A stretch of DNA of 64,000 bases from Bugula neritina (Eukaryota > Animalia > Bryozoa), in the NCBI GenBank assembly GCA_964035545.1, contig OZ037769.1, positions 930,001 through 994,000 on the forward strand, read 5' to 3'. The translations under genes and the position numbers were made by a program. This document shows positions 13,215-41,044 of this stretch, in pieces. Within the stretch, counting starts at the first letter, position 1. Every line of letters starts with the position of its first letter. Below the pieces are notes generated by a model. It saw nothing but the letters and a program-made list of their open reading frames with translations. It was not told the origin of the DNA and did not search any database.

Positions 13215-16200
13215 CTAAATATTTTCATAAGCTGATGATTCTACTTGCAGCTTTTCATATGTTGGTGCAGGAGCTCCGTTGTTTTGTAACTTTTCATAAA
13301 GAGAGCTCTCATTGTTTACAGAGTTGCCATTGGTTACTGAGGTAGACGTGTCCATTTCCTCATAGTTATGAGTAGCTGAGTTCACTCTCGAAGAGAGTTG
13401 GGTAGACATGGGTTCCTCGTACACATCAGGTACAAAAGGTGGGTGGGTTGTACAGGGCAAGCTATCTCTTTTCAAGTAGAGTATTATAATACTGATTGTA
13501 ATTACAGCTACAGGTACTGCTATGATCAGAGCAATGAGACCTCCTGGAAAGAAGTTAATGTTAAGTCTACGTAAACATGTGTAAATTCAACAGATTTATA
13601 TTCACAGTGGACAGCCACTGAACTCTGGTGAGAGAGTATGTAATATATTCTGTAGACAGCCACTATAAACTCTAATGAGAGAGTATATATAGATAAATTA
13701 AAAAAACAAGAACTCACCATTGAGTGGCACATTCTCTTCATATCTGGTAGTAGAATGAGTTATATTCTCAGATACAACACAACCAGGGTCATGTGACCAG
13801 TTACCAGACTCTGTGCAGACAGGATCTGTAGTCTTAGTATAACCATCATCACATGAATAGAGTAGATTATCTCCTCCAAAATATCTGTCTAGTGTGATGG
13901 TACCATTAGCTAGGGTTAGTGCTGCTGGGTCACACTCAGCTGTTAGAAAATATGTTATATATTTAGAAAAGACGACACAAGTTGAATCGGAATGATGAAA
14001 AGACAAATGACAAAGTCTGTTGAGGTTATTTACATATGACAACATAATAATAAGCTAAATTATAGAAATATTCTATTACATGCTAATTATTGAAAGTCAC
14101 AAACAATAACCTGTTAGTGTACATTCTGGAATACTGGACCAAGTTTTATCATGTTGACACTGAATCACATCCATGTTTGTTTTCTTGTAACCATAGTAAC
14201 AGTCATATGATAGAGCTTCTTGGTAGACATATGTGTGAGTTGTCCTTCCTTTAGATGTGATGTTAGTAGTGGAAACATTGATGGAGAGATCAATGATGTC
14301 ACACTCAACTAAAGTTATTAATAAAGGGTTATACTAGCAGATATCAATGAGCAGTTTATTCAAATTAAGAGAGGTTATACTTGTTACTATTATAATTTAG
14401 TATATTAAAATAAGATTATAGCAGCTATAAAGATAGCATGAATATAACAAGTATACAGCATTTACAGTATATTATTACTATGTCCTACATATACCTGGTG
14501 TACATGTTAGAGATATATTACTCCATATCCATGGTATATTATCTGTATCAGTAGAACTACATCTAGATACAACTTCTTCTATTCCATCTCTACTCTCATA
14601 TCCTTTTATACACTCGTATACTGTTGTATGAGTACCAGTCTTAGTTTTATTAGTAAACTCAACATCTCTCGGCTCTTCTGTACAGTAGGGAACTAGAAAA
14701 TGCGATTAGAAGTATGATTTTTAATTATTAGAAAAAGTTCATATATAATCTTTCATATATAGCGTTATGTGTTGGAGACATACCTGGAATACATCTGATC
14801 TCTGATTGGTTGATCCACTTAGCCTCTGTACCATCTACTTTACATTCAGAAGTTGAGTTATATTTCAACTGATAGTCAGTATCTTCACAAGAATAGTTTA
14901 TTATTGTACCAGGAAACCAGGGAGATTCAGTAGATGGAGTACTTGTCAAATGATCTATTTCAGGTTTATCTCCACATGTCAGTACTGTAAAAGTAAAGAG
15001 AAAGGTAGCTGGCATATGGCAGACACAGGGAGAAAGTCTAAGACATTTCTGAAAAAACTTTTAATTGCAGTTTTCATAATCTAATTTTGGCAGTGAACGA
15101 ATTATAACGTAAGTATGTATTGATGCTTATAAACTCATTTACGTGTTCATATGTTTTTTAAAAAGAAAATTTCCTGTTGTTTTGATCAGTCTAATGATTA
15201 TATTTAATGATCTAATTTTGTGCATCTCTCACTCACCGGTAAACTGAATCATAAAGAATACTTCATCTACATCTCCAGATACAGGATCTCCCTCATTTTC
15301 ATATCTCACAGAGAGTTGGTTGTTTGTAGAGGTTATGTCATGTAGATATTCATTAGGGAAGTTAGCAAACTCCTGATTATCAATAAACCAGGAGGTTCTG
15401 GATGATTCTCTAATCTCAGTAATAATATCAAACGTAACATAGTGAGCTTCACTTGGTAGGTTTGATATTGTAAACTCACAGGATGATAATGAATATTTAA
15501 TAGTTGTATAAGAGCTGGTGAATATTCCAGTCAACTGTTCAACTTGAGGTCTGTCTGGTATCTGAATATCTTCATCACAAGATATTACTGTAATGATAAT
15601 CAACAGAGTAAAACAAATTATTTTGCAAATTTCAATTATTTAATTGTACCGAATTTTTATAGATTTTGTTGATTAATTTATCACCTATAGTTTTATAATG
15701 AATAGGCTGAAATTGAAACCAATAATAACGTTTCAAGTTAATTTCTTCACACCGTTGGGAACTTTTAAGCCATCCATTAGACTGTGCAGTGCAGCAGCTA
15801 ACAATAGCATGCAATGAATGTTAGCTACAATTAGTATAAGTTTTATAGTAGCGGTAAAGTCAAAGCCACCTGAAAATTTTATTTTCAGCCGATCAGAAAT
15901 CCCAAATCATTTCAGTACATACTTGCACAAAATTCTTTATAAAACAAAATTGTATAGGCATTCAACCTTAAAACATTATGTAGATGAAAACTAATATATA
16001 TAAGAAAATTTTAGTACTGCATAAGTGAAGTGTGCCAGGAATTCTTTAAAAAATAAATAATAAATAGGCCAATATATAGACCAATCTATTTTTATTTGTA
16101 AAGTGCTAAATCTTCACTCAAAATAAATAGTGTAGTAGTTTTGTGGGTAGAATGAAATTTAGTGGGGAGCCTAACTTCAGTATAGAAGAAACAAGGTGAA

Positions 16201-17128
16201 GTGGTAATCTTGAATGAAATAATCTTTATTGCAGTAAAAGTAGTGTATAAAATTAGGTCTGTACCCTGCGAGCTCCATGCAGTGATAGACAATGCTAAAA
16301 ATTGGGCTTTCCGGCAGAGGTTGGCCTACATAATTCAAACAATTACCACAAAGAAACTATTCCCTATGCTAAAAGCTTTATCAATAACTACAATATTTAT
16401 AAGGCATTAGAAAGCTACCCATAGCTTAGCTATAATTGGAGGCATTCCAAAGTTACGCCAAGAGCTTAGTTATAATTACAGCATTCAAAAAGATAAGCAA
16501 TAAGTAATTATAATGCTGAAGCACATAGTTACTAAAACTTTCCAAAACATAGTAGTGACAACTCTCAAAATCCATTACAATAGTTTACAGTTGAAACTTT
16601 TTAATAGACGAGAGTAATACATGGTTACCTGTTGTAAAGAACTCCAGGTTAAATCCAGACATGTTGCTGAGAGTAGAAACTGATAATACAGACTGTTCTT
16701 GAATGAACTTCTGTATTATACCAGGTCTTGTAGAGTCAATACAGTATATTAATGTACCATCTATCTGTATCTCTATCTGTATCTCTGGACAGATAGCACC
16801 TTCAGGAGCTGCATAAACTCCTTGTATACTAATATAACTACCAGCAGGTGCTCTCAGAGTTAGACTACATCTAACAGGTGCTCCCTCTATCTCTCTATGT
16901 TCTATTATCCCTGCATATCCTCCATCAACTGTCACTGTATTATTATCGCATATATTCACTGGTTTAATATCTTGTCCTTTTATCAATATGACTGTGTAGA
17001 TACTCAGTAGTAGGAGTTGCAGAGGGAAGAACTAAAATAATTATATTAAATAATAAAAACTGTAGATTGTAAGATTATATATTTATAGATACTATCTCAT
17101 GTGTTTGTATATAAGTTTTACTCACCAT
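13215..17128 (-). CDS. Receptor paralog R2 (type A tail), 634 aa
   Basis: Exons 17126-17128, 16629-17031, 15237-15587, 14784-14984, 14495-14692, 14111-14308, 13718-13939, 13215-13543 (1905 nt, open frame). Confidence 0.88.
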
Positions 17129-18622
17129 TCTTAGACTGATTTAATCCCAATTTCAATTCAAATATGGTTTCTAAGAAGTTACATTTACCCTACATGTATC
17201 TGTATATTGTACAAGACGTGCACTGTGTGCTGCAGCTAGTCTGTAACTAAACTATCAACTTAGCTAATGATTAGAAGGAGTTTATATTTTAACTTCCTCA
17301 TAGTACCTATAATGTGTTATTTACTCAGCACCCTATGAGCACATTGAATATGATCATTAGATAAGCAAACATGTATATCTATAGATAATAACCAACTTCC
17401 CTATTATATACACTATGTTGAGTATTCTATACTATATAATGCACTAGTTATATGAGGTTATCTATTTTCCTTAGTCATTTGAACAAAGAACTATTACCAT
17501 GTATTGCTGTACAATCACAGTGAAAACTGATTACCACATCTAGTATCTATCGTTATACTCACAATCTTGCTCACTGTTAGCAGTTCAGTTTCCTGCAAGA
17601 AACTTCTCTTATCAATTTTGTTTTTCTTGTTGGGTGCAAATACAGATTTCAAAATCACAGAAGAAATATTTTGCTTTCAGAACCAAATGCTTCAATAGTA
17701 TATCAACATACATTTAATGCTAATTCATACGTATTTTGAAAATACAATACTTGAGAAAACTGAACAATACACACACTGTTGTCAGTTATTGTACAGCTGA
17801 TCATATGATACCAGTTCATTTTCTGCGAAGAATAAAGGCAATGCTTATAATGCAGGTGTTGAAATGTGTAGCTATGCATGAAGTTAATGTAAGATATTAA
17901 TACTCTGTTATAGATTGTAGTTAAATTGTAATATAATCATGTGTTGTATCATAGCATTGTAGCTATACAAGCTTTTAGAGAAAAAGCTATGAAAAGCTTT
18001 CAGCTAAATAACTAATGCTTGATGTATATAATGTTTCCACTCTCTCTGACATACTACCTACTAGTTAACATACACATATTATGTATATATTTATTATAGT
18101 TCGGCAGCTACTATTGCAGAGTATCAATTGATATAGAAATTGTTTTTATAAATTTGTTATGATAAATGATGATGGTTTAAACAGACTTTATAATTAGGTA
18201 TATAATGCACAATTACTGAAGTATAAAAGAAAAGAATAATTTTTAAAAACTTATATCCACTATTACAGTTCGAAATACAATTACATACTAATAAATTTGT
18301 TATTAAATTTCAGAGTATGTGTGCAAAAAATAAAAAAGCAGTCAATAAAATTGTTTGTTGTGGCAAATGATAAAATTCTAATATTCAGTTATGTGAGTTT
18401 CAGTAATGTAAAAACATAAATAATTCACACTGAAAGATAACTTTACAAAACTGAGTTGTGAAGACCGATTCACATAGTATCAGAAAATTGGTAAAGGTAT
18501 TAGACACTGAATACAAACGTGTAAAAGTTTTCAGTTGAAAAAAGCAGTAAAATCAGAAATAAAGTGTGCATGAGCAAGCAATTATATTACTGCATGTGTT
18601 TACTGTAATGTGTGTAGTATAG

Positions 18623-21486
18623 TCAAATGACTGGTGATGTCATTTCCTGTCTGTTCTCATAAAGAGGAAGTGTTGTGTTCAGTTGAAGTTGTTCATATGC
18701 TGATGATGGAGAGGTGGTGAGCTGCTCGTAAGTGTTGGTGGGAGGATTTGCTGAGTTTGAGGGTCGAGTAGACATAGGTTCTTCATATACTTCATGTTTA
18801 TCAGATGGGGTGTCTCTACAGGGCAGACAACTTCTTTTCAAGTAGAGAATAATACTACCCAGTGTAACCACTGCTAGTACCAGAACTACCACCACTCCAA
18901 TCAAACCATCTAAAACATGTCATGTGATTTGTAAAGCAGAATGTAATATAAAAGAAAGAGCAAATGATTGACAATAAGTAGAGTGGATAAACCTATAAAA
19001 TCCGTGAAACATAAGACAATAGAAAATATTCTACAAAAATAGTTGAACAAAATATACTCAAATTGATTGGCTCTAACTATCTAAATTCTGGTAAATCCCT
19101 CCACTATTATTCTAAATATCAACATAAGGCTGATCAGCTGAAAGTTAAATGTCTTGATTTGACCCAAACAGCTGTCAGCTTCAACTCAGTTAGTAACTGA
19201 CAATGTCTATAAACTGTTTCCATCTATATACAACTTTAAACAGCATCACTTACCTCTTTGTGACTGGAGGGCTAGATAGCTGTTTCTGGTGGCTTCAGTA
19301 GATTTACCATCTTTGACCAACAGACAACCAGGGTCATGTGACCAGTTACCAGACTCTGTACAGACAGGATCTGTAGTCTTAGTATAACCAATATCACATG
19401 AGTAGAGTAGATTATCTCCTCCGTAATATCTGCCTGTCTGTATGTCTCCGTTAGTTAGATTTAGTGCTGTAGGGTCACACTCATCTGTAAGAATAACCAC
19501 ATATATGTATTGTATACTTTTCAAAGCTGTGTTACCATACAACTACAGTTTGATAAATGTATATTATAGACATGAGTCTAAATAATCTTACCAGTCTCAG
19601 TACATTCTGGAACACTGGACCAACTACCATCATACTGACATTGAATAACACTCGGATTTGTTTTCTTGTAACCATAGTAACAATAATACTGTAGAACTTC
19701 TTGGTAGAAATATGTGTGAGTTATTCCTCCTTTAGACGTCACATAAGTAGTTGTTGTGTCGAGAAACAAATCACTAATGTCACATTCCACTGAATAAAAA
19801 ACACAAGAGATTTCTTGTAACATTGAAACATTATCCTATATTCATGGTATATTATTACGCTATACTATATATTATTACTATAACATATATAAATATATAC
19901 CTATTGTACATGTTATAAGAGATAGTATATTATTACTATATACAAGTACCTGGTGTACATGTTAGAAATATATTACTCCATATCCATGGTATATTATCTG
20001 TATCAGTAGAATTACATCTAGATACAACTTCTTCTACTCCATCTCTACTCTCATATCCTTTTATACACTCATATACTGTTGTATGAGTATCAGTCTTGGT
20101 TTTATTAGTAAACTCAACATCTCTTGGCTCTTCTGTACAGTAGGGGACTAGAAAATACAACTAGAAAAATTCTATTCAGGTATTAGATGACGTCTATATA
20201 ATATGGCACTTATAATGCAAGCTTGTGCTATAAATATATACCTGGAATACATCTGATCTCTGATTGCTTGACCCACTTAGCCTCTGTATCATCTACTTTA
20301 CATTCAGAAGTTGAGTTATATTTCAACTGATAGTCAGTATCTTCACAAGAATAGTTTATTATTGTTCCAGGAAACCAGGGAGATTCAGTAGATGGAGTAC
20401 TTGTCACATGATCTATTTCAGGTTTATCTCCACATGTCAGAACTGTAACAAGAGTGACTACATTGTTCAAACCTATACTATTTAAAATATAATGTTAACC
20501 ATTGTGTCGAAATTGAATTATTTACTCACCTGTAAACTGAATCATAAAGAATACTGAATCTACATCATCAGATACAGGATCTGGCTCATTTTCATATTTC
20601 ACAGAGAGTTGGTTGTTTGTAGAGGTTATGTTATGTAGATATCCATCAGGGAAGTTAGCAAACTCCTGATTATCAATAAACCAGGAGGTTCTGGATGATT
20701 CTGTTATAAGCTCAGTAATATCAAACCTAACATAGTGAGCTTCACTTGGTAGGTTTGATATTGTAAACTCACATGATGGTAATGACTGTTTATTAGTTGT
20801 ATAAGAGCTGGTGAATATTCCAGTCAACTGTTCAACTTGAGGTCTGTCTGGTATCTGAATATCTTCACCACAGGATGTCACTGTAACATAAATGTATACA
20901 ATAATTACATGTCGTCTATAGCACAAAAGTTAGGCTTGTTACATAGGTTATCTTTAGCTTCACCTGTTTTATATAAGAATAACATTTATACCTGTTGTAA
21001 AGAATTCCAAGTTGAACCATGTCACATTGCTGAGAGTAGAAACTGATAATACAGACTGTTCTTGAGTGAGCTCCTGTATAATACCTTCAGGTCTTGTAGA
21101 GTCAATACAGTATGTTGTACTATCTATATGTACTTCCGCGCAAAAGTATCCTTCAAAATATTTATAATGAACTCCTGGTATACTGATATAACTACCAGCA
21201 GGTGCTCTCAGAGTTAGACTACATAAAACAGGTGCTCCCTTTATCTCTCTATGTTCTATTATCCCTGCATATCCTCTATCAACTGTCACTGTATTATTAT
21301 CACATATATTCACTGGTTTAATATCTTGTCCTTCTATGAATATGACTGTGTATATACTCAGCAGTATGAGTTGCAGAGGGAAGAACTGAAATATAATTAA
21401 ATTAAATTAAATAATGAAAACTGTAGATTGCAAATTTATATACTAGATACTATCTCATGTGTGTGTAAATAAGTTTTACTCACCAT
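18623..21486 (-). CDS. Receptor paralog R1 (type B tail), 620 aa; first gene of the array
   Basis: Exons 21484-21486, 20992-21385, 20530-20880, 20242-20442, 19950-20147, 19592-19789, 19254-19484, 18623-18909 (1863 nt, open frame). Confidence 0.88.
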
Positions 21487-22402
21487 TCCTAGACTGATTT
21501 AATCATGCAATTTCAATTCAAATATGGTTTCTAAGAAGTTACATTTACTCTACATGTATCTGGATTGTACAAGACATGCACTGTGTGCTGCAGTTAGTCT
21601 ATAACTAAACTTATCAACTTAATGATCAGAAGGTGTTTACATAATTTAACTTCCTTGTTACGTGCTCAATGTTGTAGTGTGCGTATTTACAAAGCACAAT
21701 TGTTTTCTTAGGGTACCAGTAGTGTTATTTTTCTTATTCATCAGAATTCAAGCCTAATTCTATGCAAGGCTTTACAATGCATATAAAGCTGAGAAAGATG
21801 TTTGGCTTTTAATGGTATACTTATAATCTCGCATTTCTTTTTGACGTAGGAAATCTCTTTCATCAGTGCTGTTTGTTATTGACAGATGCATATACCGTCT
21901 TTAAAGTCACATAACATATCAGTGGATTTATCAATCTCAGAACCAAATGTACCAATACTATATTAAAATATACATAGTGCTAATTGAAAAATATTTAAAG
22001 AATAAAAGACTTGATCCTATACTCATTTGAAGCTGATGATTTGTGTACTGTATCGTTTGAAGTTATGTCAAAATTTCTATACCAGCTTGTTTTAGTTGCT
22101 CAAATTATGCCAATTGATACTTTTCTTATTTTGTATCACCACTACACCAGTAGTTGCAGTATAGTACTTGGAACAGAGACAATGATAAAGTATGTAAAGT
22201 GTTGAGAATAAAGATTACAGTTGAAGGTCTTTAGGTGGGTTTATAAAGCACACAAACAGAAAAAGATAAATTCAGAAAATTACCTGTATTCTGAATTAGA
22301 TAAATATATAGTTATATGTTTTATTTATTTTTATAACATGTACAATCTATTGATAGCCTGTCATCATAAAGTCATAAACATAGTTCTTAAAACTGTCATT
22401 CA

Positions 22403-39715
<17,313 letters not shown>

Positions 39716-41044
39716 CCCTTCAGCTATAACACATTAGGACACATCTGTATTAGACATGCACCAAGTACTCTATGAGGAAGGATTGTGTTTGCAGTTGAAA
39801 TGTGATTTATCAAAAATCAATTCACATAAAACAATATAATCATGTGACTTGCTGAGATATTGTAAACTGGCCATTAAAATTCATCCTGTTTGTGTTGCAC
39901 TGCTGTATAGCTGTTTGGTTGTGTGGGCAAATGCTATTGAATTATTGATGCCAAAAATGGATCAGATTCATTACAAAATATAATGCACTCAATTTAAATT
40001 GAACAAACTTTGAAATATAAACTCAGCATAACACAATAAACCTTCCCTTGATAATTGCATACCAAATTAGGGCATACAATTATAATAATAAAAGTTATGA
40101 CAGCGCAATAGAAAACTCATAACATGAAGTCGGTAACGCATATAGAAAAAACTCTTTTAGTAAAAAACAAATATGTAAAAAGAAAGGAATAAAGGCTGTA
40201 CAAATGTTAAGTTTCATTGAAGCATCATTTTAAATTAGATGAATTATAAGATCAACAGTAGGCCTATGATTTCTTTGAGACTAAACATGGAAGTGCTGGA
40301 AATCCATTATTTGTTGCTATGATAACCAAACTTGCTCTACCTTTTGCAGTTGACACTTCTCCATTTTTGTTGACTTGTTTGTCAGCAATTGACAAACATT
40401 TTGTTAAAATATTGACTTTAGAAATAAGTTAATTAAAGCAAACATAAAGTAGTATAGGTGTGAGCAATAAACTAACAGTAGTGGAGTTTATCAATCATTA
40501 GTGTGTATTCGTGGCTTTCAATTCTAAATTTCTGAATATTTTATTCAGCCACTGCCACTAGTATAATTTAAACTAAAGCAATTGCACATAAAGTTTAATA
40601 CTACCTTGCAAGTTTTATTTATCCAACTTGAGGGCTTATTTAATAATTCAACAATAAGTTCAACAGTACATTTAATAACAAATTGATTAATACATTCAGT
40701 ATCACATATATAACTACATTTAATAATACATTTAAAAAGCAAACATTTACATTCTACAATATAGTAGTTCTCAGTTTTTCATACATGAGCAAATCAAAAT
40801 AAATTCTTTACAGTAAACAGACAATATAGATTATAGATAATACTCAATAGTTTTACTGATCAGTTTATTTTACATCTTTATTATAACTTACAATCAATTC
40901 CAGATATATTTCCAATACAAAAAAAGAACAATGAAATTACATAAAGTGTTGTTTTGTATTTTTGTTTATTTAGTTGTTAGCCAACGAATAGAAATCAGCC
41001 ATAAAGAGTCGTCATATGTTGGAAAGCTACCAACAGGAAGCAGC

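Noticed and set aside
1984-21486. Assigning the receptors to CSMD, SEZ6, complement receptor or MASP families
   Set aside because: Domain order (2 CUB-like then 4 sushi, no alternation, no protease) and the multi-tyrosine tails do not match; no gene symbol given
254-21486. Array as a haplotype or assembly duplication artefact
   Set aside because: Copies differ by many substitutions, indels, distinct introns and a copy-specific LINE with TSD; read-depth confirmation is still advisable
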